64,000 bases of DNA, from NCBI GenBank assembly GCA_002633005.1, contig NMRA01000073.1:124001-188000 (forward strand), written 5' to 3'. This DNA comes from Phoronis australis. Lineage: Eukaryota > Animalia > Phoronida. Made by a program: the position numbers and the translations under genes. Positions 1-11,200 of the stretch are shown in pieces. Numbering within the stretch: position 1 is the stretch's first letter; every line of letters starts with the position of its first letter. The notes beneath the pieces were generated by a model. The model ran no database searches. It saw only the letters and a program-made list of their open reading frames with translations, and was not told the origin of the DNA.

Positions 1-626
1 ACTAGGGACACATGGCACTGTCTAACGTTCATTATAGCTGAGTAATATACACTTGCACTTGTCAAGAGCTGAGACACTTGAACATTCTGGAAGCACCACA
101 GCAATGGTGAAGGAGCAATGCAGATTACAAGGTGACTAAATCTGCAGAAACCATTAATGCTGCTATAAATCCACCCTACATCAAAGAAACTAAGGCATGA
201 TGTAGTGTACATACTGCTGTTAATGTGTTGATGGGCCTGACAAACAAATGATCCTATCCATATAGCAGAAAGCCTTGATATTTGTTACAGCTAGTGAGTG
301 TAAATGTTTCGAAGTTGCTCCACACAAACTTGTAGTCTAGGCATTATAAGAAACCCTGGAACATGGGCACTTGTGTACCAGCCCAGTCTACAAGTTCACT
401 ATCTCATGTTGCACTTAACTGGCCAAAAGGTTGGGATTATCACCAAATCTAATTAACTAGTTTTGGGCCAATTTTCAAAGTTCCTATATATTCTATGCAC
501 AGGCACACTCACAACACAAAAGCACGTAATCTCCTCCCAAGTCTAACTAGACAGAAATGCTAGTTTTAGTGTTTAGGTTTCAGAATAAACAATTTGTGTG
601 AAGCTCAGTTTCCTAGCTAAACATAC

Positions 627-790
627 CTGACGGCTGTGTTAACTTTAGCTCGTTTTGATTTCGGCTGCTCAGCCTCTTCGCCCATTTTCTTCCGTCTCCT
701 AGGGGGCATTGCTACTGGGTTTGGCCAAGGTTCCACTGGACTTGCAGACAATCTTGTGAAGGTCACGTGATTGCAGTCTTCACACAAGCT
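627..790 (-). CDS. DCUN1D4: Exon of DCN1-like protein 4/5 (ATG at 709; gene continues left beyond the window)
   Basis: Minus strand tatttggcag|AGC...CAG|gtatgt. Encodes SLCEDCNH...VAMPPRRRKKMGEEAEQPKSKRAKVNTAVR, like the basic N-terminal motif of DCUN1D4 (MPPRKKRR...AKKSR) and DCUN1D5 (MPVKKKRK). Human DCUN1D5 lies head-to-head with DYNC2H1. The PONY domain is outside the window, so the identity is not confirmed. Confidence 0.55.
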
Positions 791-1536
791 CTGCCAAATA
801 GTCAAAGTGATAAAACTCATTTAAAAGTCTTTCAACTCATTTAAAGGTGTTTGATTTAAAACTGCTAAAATTCATTCATAATCAATAAAATTTGTTTAAA
901 AGCGATAAAACTAATTTGAAATTGGTGAAATTCATTTAAGTTCTAATCTACTAGCCTTTGGGTATTATCAATTAAAAAACACTACAACAATTGTAATCCA
1001 ACCACATACTCAATTGGTCTCAATTTCTGTACTTTAGTTTGGATAAATCATTTCTGGGAATGGAAAAAAAAACAAAAATAAATGCTATTGAAGACTGGAC
1101 TAGAAAATGCAAGAACTTGTGAGCTGTCATTTTGTGTAATGATAAAATATGTCTGTTGGCGAATGAGCTAGGTTCTGTGATTAAACTCCAGATGGTTTGA
1201 AATACTGAGTTTTCTGAACATTAGTGAGGTGCCCGTTCCAAAATAATAGCTAAATCAGTACCTTAGATGCACCAAAGCTAAATTTCACTGAACTTGTACA
1301 AAAACTTCAAGCTCTATCCTGCACTGTCTAGTTGGAATTAAGCATCTTAAGCTCATAAAATCGATCTTAAAATTTTCAATATCACGAAAAGACTTATTTG
1401 CCCCTTCCAGGCCAAGAAACACACCAGAAATCGTCAATTTTACTGCAATTAGCCAAATCTAAAATTAGTGTGCAGTGAATCCCATTGAAAAATAGGCCAG
1501 TCACGTGACCATTTCCTGGGAGTGCATGACAGATCA

Positions 1537-1676
1537 GGGTAGAGCTCAGTAATACTAGGACCTCGTTAAAAAGCAAGACTTTGTGAGACTACATGAGATA
1601 TTGCCATGTATCTTAAAAGAGAACACATGATCTTGGCTAGATTTTAGCGAGGTCCTTGCGTTACTGAACTCTACCC
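1537..1676. mobile_element. Small MITE-like element with ~35-bp terminal inverted repeats
   Basis: Left end gggtagagctcagtaatactaggacctcgttaaaa; reverse complement of right end gggtagagttcagtaacgcaaggacctcgctaaaa. Related fragments at ~28033-28085 and ~33254-33305. Confidence 0.7.
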
Positions 1677-2435
1677 AAACCTAGGTTTAGGCTCTCCAGT
1701 GCATAACTTGAAATATGGGCAAAATGTAGCTTTAAGCACATCAATTCCACAATCCAGAAATTTAGTGGCAGAGTATAGTTTACAGGTATTTTGGCAAACG
1801 ATAAAAAAAAATAAGGTTAGCAGTAGCAGATTACCCATCAACCCTCAGGAGGTGACCACCAACCACAATCTTTGATATCAATGGCCAACAACTGTTCCAC
1901 ATGTCAGACAACTGTGTGTAAGCTTTTCAGGGACTATCTTGTGCATGAGTTGATGTGTATTGCAAAGCTCATACTCACTCCCATTAACCTGCCTCACCAC
2001 AAGCGTACATGAGGAAAAGCTGTCTGACTGCAAGCTAACCCATAAATAGGACGTCAAACTAAATATTCATTTTACCAGACAATTTTTAAACTTTAACAAG
2101 AACAAGAGGAGCATTAATGTATGCCACTGTGTGTATCGCATGTAACATAGCAGGGCCCTCACTAATCTGAGGGGAAAGGTGCCTGTGGCTTCTGACGGCG
2201 GAATATTTCGGGGTGAGGGAAAATTCTACCTCCCGATCACCATCAATACCACCCCACCCTCACAGAATTTGCCTTCAGTAATCAAAACTATAACATTTTG
2301 TGCTCTTTCAATTGATCACCTATGTGTGCTACATGTGAGGCTGGGGCATCTAACTGCATCAAGCTTTTGGCTAGACACTCTTCCACAGTCAACACCAAAC
2401 AGAGATTGTCTACCTATTTTATTTGCAACCTGCAC

Positions 2436-2473
2436 CTCAAGCCGGTCCAGGGGCGTACAGTCTATAGAGCCGA
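2436..2473 (-). other. Candidate 38-nt upstream exon of the DCUN1D-like gene
   Basis: Minus strand ctcttggtttttcag|TCGG...TTGAG|gtgcag. Reads GSIDCTPLDRLE in frame with exon 627-790. Confidence 0.35.
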
Positions 2474-2654
2474 CTGAAAAACCAAGAGCTAATGGGCGAC
2501 ATCAGTATTGGAACTTTGCGTCTCCTGCTGTCAGGATGGAAGTGTGGTGAGATAATCAAGGCAACCACACATTGTCTGTGACCCTGTCTGAGACTAGTAA
2601 TTTCCAAGTAATTTATACACACTCCAACTAGTCATAAAACCAAGACAATAGACA

Positions 2655-2889
2655 GTCTCGAAATAGTGCATGGTTTCATTAGCTGATGACACCACAACAT
2701 AGAGATTCCAAACAGTTCGTGGTTTCATGACAATATAGAGACTCCAAACAGTGCATGGTTTCATGACAATATAGAGACTCCAAACAGTGCATGGTTTCAT
2801 GACAATATAGAGACTCCAAACAGTGCGTGGTTTCAAGAAAATGTAGACTCTAAACAGTGCGTGGTTTCATGACAATACAGAGACTCCAG
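2655..2889. repeat. 33-bp minisatellite, ~6-7 copies
   Basis: Unit approximately atatagagactccaaacagtgcatggtttcatgaca. Explains the repetitive ORF 2594-2836. Confidence 0.9.
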
Positions 2890-3159
2890 ATAGCGAGAAT
2901 GATGCTAAGAAACGGACTTAAAAATAATAAAAAAGACTGTTAGGTGGGACAGAATATGCATAATCCGTCCAAAAATAGAGGTTATGAAGGTATGGTAGCA
3001 GACATTGGACGATACCATAATACCACCACACACATGGACATATACATACATATAAGAGCACAGTGACAAAAACATGCAGACCCACAACTGATACATAGTG
3101 CCAAACAATGCAGTAAGCCAACTGTCCAGTAATGGTTGGTGTAACCATCACATACTTAC

Positions 3160-3238
3160 TAATGAGGTAAAGTTGTGATTCAGGCCCCAGTTGTTGTTAT
3201 CGCTATAGCCAGCCAGTGTTTCGATGGATTATTGCAAT
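3160..3238 (-). other. Candidate 5'UTR exon of the DCUN1D-like gene
   Basis: Minus strand tttgtatttcag|ATTGC...CATTA|gtaagt. Strong splice sites, but stops in all three frames. Confidence 0.35.
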
Positions 3239-6200
3239 CTGAAATACAAATACCAATTATTTCATGTCATGTGAATCTTTCACCAAATAGGTGAAAATTT
3301 AGTGTTTTCTTGGCTTAGCCCATTTCCATTCATCGAAGACAACGGCGAATTACTGAACAAAAACAGCTGGCGATGCCATAAGGTTTATAACTAAATTGAA
3401 TGTTTCTGCAGTTTATCAACAACCAATCAAGCTTTGAATTCGTTCACCCCTTGAAAGTAGCTTATCCACAAGTTTGGGACAATTACAGCTAGAAAATGGA
3501 TGGAGGTCTTACTCAATGCCCACTATCAGTGACCTTGATGAACGGCAATGAGAGGCTAAAACTTTCAGTAATTTTTTGTTAAAAAACTATTCTTCCAATA
3601 AGGATGTTTTTTGAACACTTGTACTGAATAAGGCCATCATAATAAAACTACAATGTATGTCTTATTGTGCCCAAATATGGGTGACTCAAAACCAGCTCAA
3701 CATCTGCTGAACAGTTTCGCATACAACTATTGGTGTTGCTTTTGAACTTGAGTGGAAGAATGATCTTGCTTACCATAAACATTCAGGTAAATATTCAAGC
3801 CCACTAAAGCGCCCACATCCTACTTTTGCAAAATTTTTGAATTAAGCACCCACAGCGCAGTGAAGCGCCTACCCCCACTGCTCAGGCTGGAGCCTATCTG
3901 TGATTTACTTCACACTGATTATTGTAAAACAATGTATGCTTTTAAAAGCAGAATCTGAATGAAATTTGAGTCACTATGCAGTTTGCGGCAGTAACTGGGG
4001 GCATTGCATTCTGTGAGTGTCTACTGCAGTGCAATAAAAATAGTCGTGTAGTTGAAGCTGATATTTACTGAGAATATAGTCAGTCCAGACTCTCACTCTA
4101 AGCATCAACATCCAAATTTTAAGTGCAAAATCCAGGCTTGGTTTACCTCTGAAGGCAATGTGACATTAGTGATATGCATGACGGGATCACATGTCATTTT
4201 GTTGCTAACTGATTTTTTCCAAATATGGCACAAATTCATTGCCAAGGGATCAGTCTCAAATCCCTTGATGACAATCACGATAGCTCAGGCCTAGAATTTT
4301 GTGAAGTACATTTTAACATCATGTATTTTCTATTTCAAGTTGCATTCTCAGCTCCTTTAATACATGTGTTCCCATTCAACTTTCCCATCGGCAACTAGCG
4401 TTACAGCAAATTCTTTGAACTTTGGGTCTGTGGACTTCTGAAGGCCATGTGGAGTCAGAGAAACCATCTGGCTCAAGTCAAGTGTTCAGGTTTTGGTAAC
4501 ACACATCTCCAGATTCCTGAAAATTCTGATTTAAGTGCTCCTCTCTGGGTAAAGCACCCCCCAGGATGATTAATTTGAGAGTCCAGAGCATAATGATAAC
4601 GGTATTTCCAAGTTCATAGCATAACATTTTGGTTTTTGATTGTGTGTTTGTACAGTAGGAGCATGAGATTTGGTACTTAAATAAAGTTGTTCTAATGATT
4701 ATGAACCATCTGGTTTATTTAGGTCAGTTCAAACAAAGGCGTGTAGATACCAACACAAGCACTCTTTTATGATTTGACCAATGAGCTGCTCTAGATCTTT
4801 CACATTTATCATAATAATATCAAAAAACAACACCGGTGAGTGTGAAATAGGTTTATTGAAAGCTCTTTGAAGTTTTGCAAAATTGTATGGAAAGAGATTT
4901 GGAACTCCTATAATCAAGACAGTCAGCTTTGATAAAGCAATTGTTTTTGAAAACTTGAAGTAAAAATTCAGGTTTAAACGGAATTGTTAAAGAATTCATT
5001 ATTTTCATCCCAAAATGAATAGACTAGTGACAGGCTGATTTTAGTTCTTTACCCTGACATCCCTAAGGGAAGAGAATAGTGAGGAAGTTCTAAATTTTCA
5101 AAATTTGTGGATTTAAAGCAGAAATGTATACTTATTCAATACATAAAATAATCAAATTTATTTAGAATATTATTTGTCAGGCTATTGCAACGGCATCTAG
5201 GAACATGCTTTCAGAGATGTCGAGGTGCTGATCATGTCGTAAACACCTTTGTGAGCCAACATAAGTAAGGTGTCCGTAGTCACTTCTAAAATTTTAGCCT
5301 CTGTATGAATTATCTCTTAAGTGACGCCATTCCAAAGCCCAAGAAATTGTTTGTTTTATGTAAGCCACTGCAGAACAAAATGTGTAAAACAGGTGTTGGC
5401 CTGTACAGTGTACACTTTATGGTCAGTATGATGATAGACACTTTATGTTTTAAAGCCTAACTTCAACAGCATTTTATTACATTAAATGTATTGGGCTAAC
5501 CAGATAGTACTAGCAAAGCCTTAGCAAAATATGAAAATGCGAGTTTAATCACACAAATGTAGGCCTGTAAAATGATGGGTGAAGTTGCCTTTTCGTGCCA
5601 AAGTATGTCACCACGAGATCCCAGCACAAAAGACCGATAACAGCTGCATGGAATAGTGGTCTGAATAAAGCAAAATTGTGTGGGGCTGGGCACTGGTAGG
5701 ATATAGCGGTCACTGATTCTGAGAACCAGGCAATCACTGAATATGGGCTAAGTTATTCAGTGGATGAAACTGGTTCTCAAAATCAGGGACCGCCACATCC
5801 AACCAGCGTCTGGGATTGTTATTCGCTGCTATTTAAATTAAAAGGTAAATTCTATTATCGCGGTGTAGACAAAAGCTAGCTAATAAATCTAACAGTTCAT
5901 CACATTTGGTAATTTATGGCTCTGGTGGGTTCAGAGTGATACCCTTAACATACTTTAGGAACCAAAATTAGATCCCAGGTGTTGCCGTTCAAGATAGGCT
6001 TTAACGTCATAGAGTTGTTAAGATTTTCAAGAATTGAGGAGTGAACATCATTAAGCAACTCATCGCACTTACTACCCAGAGATTAAATGGCGTGAACTGT
6101 GTCAAACTCTGAAAAGAATAGAGCCTAACTTCCAACACCAAATTTAGTTCAGCTGTGAAGTAGAGCCTACATCGCCCTTGCCCTTGGGCCTTGGAATGAC

Positions 6201-6363
6201 GACGAACTTGTCAAAGACATAATACACCTACAGATTACAATATAGACACATACACTCCTACTTGGCAAGCTCACAGTTCTTTGAAATAATTATGCAAACA
6301 GTAGAGTCATTCAAAATGCTTTGCAAAGTACGTACAACGACGCACCACCTTCACTAAACTTAC

Positions 6364-7560
6364 ACTTGTGAATATTTTCTTGCAAAACCACAGCCGGTCA
6401 GCAGAAACAAAACAGGTCGAGACGAAAGAAGCAAGTCTCGGAAGTTTAAAATGCGCAAGCTCGACTTTACAAGTTGATAAAGTATGTGAAACGTGTCGCG
6501 ATTTGTCCACATACAACAGTTTATCCAATGAAACGTTTCGGCACATCTAGTCTTTGGCCAAGACATTCCAAAAATATTAAATATGGCGGAGCGTGGATAG
6601 CAACCTACAAACCGGTGTCATTTTAATTTAACTATAAAACGTGCCTTTTTAACGAGAGGCGCGTTTGTTTTAGCAAAAGACACAATCCGAATATTCAAGG
6701 AAGCACTAGTAAGTCCAACAAAAAGTTTTAATATAAGTGAGCACTGAATGACGTTTTGACGTGTGACGTGAATTGTGACAAGTGTCTGCAACGACAACTT
6801 CAAACTTACATTCATTTTGGTGAAAATTAAGTGTGATGGTGGATTTCGTGGGTATTACAAAGCTCTATGAAACAACAGTATTAAGATGTTAGTTCTAAGA
6901 ATCCTGTAGTGGCCTGTAATTTTCAAGTCTGGCAATGTCGGCCAATGAACCAGTCACTGTGGCAATGTAACCAGCACTGTCTGAGTTTCAATGAAACTTT
7001 CATTTTGTCAAAAGACAAAAGTCGCAACTTCAAACTGGAATATAATCAGAAGTATGCTGATCTAAAAATAACTGTATGAAAAAGTCACGCTAAGCCAGGC
7101 AAAGTGATTTTTCTTAGTCATCCTACAAGTATTCCATGCGCCGGAAACTTTTCGATGAATTATGCCTCACACTTAAACCACCAAAATCATGTTGATATAA
7201 ATACCTTTTGCACATAGAAGGACACCTTAGCCAGGACGCCATTGTTGTCTTGAGCTCTTCCTAGTTTAAACAAATACTTCTACAATCAAAATTCTTTTAT
7301 AAGTTCTTTGTTCAGTTTCCCAAATCAGCAGCTGGCCATTTTTACACTGCTTGCGCCAGGGATATGACGTTGCACGTGATCAGCACACGTGACCTGCGCA
7401 CGACTCAAAAACTTAGCCTTCCAATTTTTAACAGATGATTCTGACTGCCGTCTATTCACTTCCTGTTGTATTTTGAATGCGTGCTCAGATGTGTACCTGG
7501 CGACTTCGTGGCAACCAGGGGTTTTTACCTGGTCACACCAAACAAAATCTGGGGTCATGG
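6364..7560. promoter_or_regulatory. Probable bidirectional promoter region (DCUN1D-like on -, DYNC2H1 on +)
   Basis: Locally CpG-enriched. YY1-type aaatatggcgg at 6579, E-boxes cacgtg at 7373 and 7386, ETS-like cacttcctgt at 7457. Minus-strand donor aagt|gtaagt at 6364/6363. Lies between the two divergent genes. Confidence 0.5.
7491..7516 (+). promoter_or_regulatory. RFX X-box-like site(s) upstream of DYNC2H1
   Basis: gtgtacctggcgac overlapping gacttcgtggcaac. The TGGCAAC half matches the X-box consensus GTTGCCATGGCAAC. IFT genes are typical RFX targets. Confidence 0.4.
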
Positions 7561-8037
7561 TCGACCTAAATGTCACCAACTCGAGACCTAAACTGTTTAT
7601 ATTTATTAAGACTTTTAATAATTTTTGATGCACAAACATAATTAGGTAGCTATATATTAAAAGGAAATTAATAATGATAAATCTTGCAAGCCACATGGCA
7701 CAGAATTTTAACAGAGATAATGCTCTATGCAGTATGCTTATCTTATCTTGAAGGAATGTGCTAAAATATCTGAATTAGAAAATAATCCAGTGTCTGTTCT
7801 GTTGCAGAGCATGAATAGTAACTAGGTATCATCAAACTTTCTAATGCGGGCTTCGAAGTTTCACTTTCTGTCTTGAGTAATCATGAATCTTCAAAAATAA
7901 ACCCAAGGAATTCAGGAAAAAGGGATTGGTGGGCTTTTTATAATTACCATAAGAATTAAGATACTTTTTAAAACTTGAGTTTTAAATTTACTAAAATGGT
8001 TACTGAGTTAGATATTTTTCTTTGCAGAATATTTAGA

Positions 8038-8226
8038 ATGGGCATAGATTCACGGAAGGAGTACATTTTGACCACTGTGGGCAACTACTTCAATGTGCCA
8101 TCTACAGACCCGGCACTGGCGCAGTTAGTGGAAGGTCAAGCACTTAACTCATTTCTGGACGATGGCAACGTTTCCGTTCTAGCAGCCAAGAGAGATGAAA
8201 AAGAAGGAATTGCACTTCACAATTCG
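8038..8226 (+). CDS. DYNC2H1: DYNC2H1 coding exon 1
   Basis: Acceptor tttgcag at 8027; [18 protein letters not shown]...LHNS|gtatgt. Confidence 0.9.
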
Positions 8227-11200
8227 GTATGTTTGGCATGTTTTATCAGTAATGTTTCATATTTTTCAGCATTTTTTAACAAATAAACAAAACAGATTGT
8301 GTTTGCTCTGGTTAAGTGTATAGTTTCCTTCCCGTAGGGTGTGTTCTTAATAGTTAACATGCCATGAGATTACAGACCTTGCTACACCAAGACTAGCTTA
8401 GGTAAGGTGCCTTACCCCAAGCCAAGCAGCAAGTCGAGCCTATTCATAAAGACATGCCTGAATTAATTGAGTGTGTAAGTCTTTGTTAATAAGTTCTGCA
8501 CCTGTAATTAATTCCACAAGATTAGGTTTATTGCACTAGAAACCCAAAGGGTGTGGTCGGCAGGTGATAGGGGTGAGTGGGGTTTAATTTGTAAACGCAT
8601 CTTATGTACAAATCAATGTTATATTAATAATTGCAGAATTTTGTTCTTTTTTCAGCTCGAAGCTTCAGAAAATAAGGACCAAGTGGTACTTTTCTTCAAG
8701 TCTAAACCTCAGGTTATTTCACCTGATAACATGCATGATGTCATATTTATTTCCACCATGCTCGAATCCCCTGTCAATTCCCTCTATCATGCAGTTGAGA
8801 AAATATTTGCCCCAGCCCTGTTGAAGAGTGAGAAATGGAGCAAATCGTTTGACCCCAAGCTGCAGAGTCTACTAAGCGAGCTTGAAGCTGGCTTGGGAAG
8901 TGTGCTGAGGAAATCCGATCCATCATTCAGAGGGGGGAAAAGTGATGGCAAAGAAGACAATCTTGGAGGTACGTCAGGATATTTTATTGGGCACAATTAC
9001 ATTGACACATCTCTACGGTTTTGTCTGCTGAAATTCTATTACAAACTGCCAATGTAAACATTTTTGAGTCAAGTTGCCTATTTGACTTGGAAGTTTTGCC
9101 TTTTCTAAGAAATATTGATGTCTGAGGTAGGAGTGCTGCTTACCAGTGATATTGGGGCTCTATTTTGTTCAACCTGTCTTTGTAATAGCATTAGGTTTGT
9201 CTAATAGTTACACTATGTGTTTTACTGAGAGTAACAATTGAGTCTAAGTTGCAGCACTTATACCACCATCACATCTCAAATTTTTTGTTTTACTCTTGAA
9301 TGCTGATATGTCGCACACAATCTGCAACTTTGTAAAAATCACATGAATAACTTGTAATCTTCTTATTAAAACCTGCGACCAACATCCAAGATAGAGCGCA
9401 AATCGCATTTGCCTTAGATTCTGTTTCTCTACAGGCATTCTGACACCCAATGATGAGTTTCAATACTGGGCAGATGTTGCCATCTCCGGCTCTAAACTGG
9501 ACATAAAAGAGCGAGCCCAGTACTTTCAAGAGCAGTTTCAGGCTATAGCCAATGATTTCAAGAATTTGGATGCTCTTTCACTACCAGAGGCTGTAGAACT
9601 CGTTGAGACAACACAGGATACGCTAGATGATATATGGAAACAAACAGAACATGATCCTCCATTTTCTGAAGCCCGGATGGCTCATCTGATGGATGTAATA
9701 GGTTAGTACTGAGAAATGAAAATGATTACTTCACACCACCTGTTCTCTTATAGATTTTTTAAAGAACTTGGACATAGACCAATCACTTTTCATCAAGGTA
9801 GCAATTTTTAAGTGTTTGCAGTTGAGATCTGTGGCAAGTCAATGACTATAATAGGGAGTCTGTTGACTATATGGTATGTGATATTTTCAGCAACCCTGAA
9901 CCTTTGATGAAATATCACCAGTCTGTGGCACTGTTACAACTTTCTTAATAAGAGTGAAAATTTCCAATGTTTCATTTCCACGCAATTCTGTTGTCTTTAC
10001 TTATAGTGAGATTGATTGCATTACAATTTAATATGACTTAGTTTTGCATAAACATAGTTTTATAAAACATTAAGTGAAACTATTTTCTTATAGATTATGT
10101 CAAACCTCTCCTTCCTTTCCATACTGTAGGTGGCACACTTGGTCTTTACATACAAAGAAAATTGGGAGAGCATGATCTTTGGAAGGGGAACTTTGGTGTG
10201 GTTAAGGAGGGACTTCGGTCTGCCATTTCTTTATGCGAGAGGTGGATATCCGCTTGTGAGACACTGACAGTTCAGTTCTGGAAGAGATACGGTCCTCATC
10301 CTTGGAAAGGAGAAAAGTTTGTCCCTGAAAATCTCAATCAACTTTCGGAGAGACTGGACGAAGTAAGCTCTGATTTTCATTCTCAGTTTTATTTTTCCTT
10401 GAGACCTCGCCATGACAAGCCAACTCGTATAGCCCAGTCTGTAGCGAAAACCAACTGTAAATATATTTCAAAGCCCTCAAATTACCTCTGATTTGACTAA
10501 AGGACTATTTGAGAGTAATTTTTATGCGCCTACATATTTACATGTGGACGCATTATGCCGTCATCTCCATCCGTCCGGGCAGCGTCCGTTCTGCGTCCGC
10601 TGCTCTATCTCCAAAACCCTTTGACATAATTACATTCATGAAATTTGACACATATGGCATGAGCAAACTTTCGGACAGATCCAACTACCGGTGTGCCCCC
10701 TAGTGGCAATTTTATTTTTTTACGCATACCTTAAATTGTATCTTCAAAAGTCCTGAACGGATTTTCATGAAATTTGGTTTGTAGGCACCTATTAGTGGAA
10801 TGATGCTATCCTTCCATTTTCGGGTTGGATTCGATGTAGTGTACGCCACCTAGTGGCCATTTTTACTGTTCGAGTGTTTTTTTTACGTCCACCCCTCTGT
10901 CAACTAAACCGCTCAAGTGGTGGTTGTGAAAATTGGCATGTATGTGCTTACTGTAAAGAGGACGGTTGACAATGATTTCCCGACGATTTCGTCTACTGTG
11001 GCGCCTCCTAGTGGCATTTTTTTTTTTGCGCCTATGGCTGTATCTTCTAAACTGTTTGTAGGATCTTTATGAAGTTTAGTAAGTGTATTTATATGATGTT
11101 AACAACGGATGACGACTTTTGGACGGATCCGACTACCGGTGTGCCCCCAGTGGTAATTTTATTTTTTTACGTTTTCCTTTGTGTCTTCAAAAGTCCTTAA

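Noticed and set aside
2594-2889. Repetitive ORF or CRISPR-like array
   Set aside because: Head-to-tail 33-bp minisatellite with no unique spacers; eukaryotic intronic context with no cas genes.
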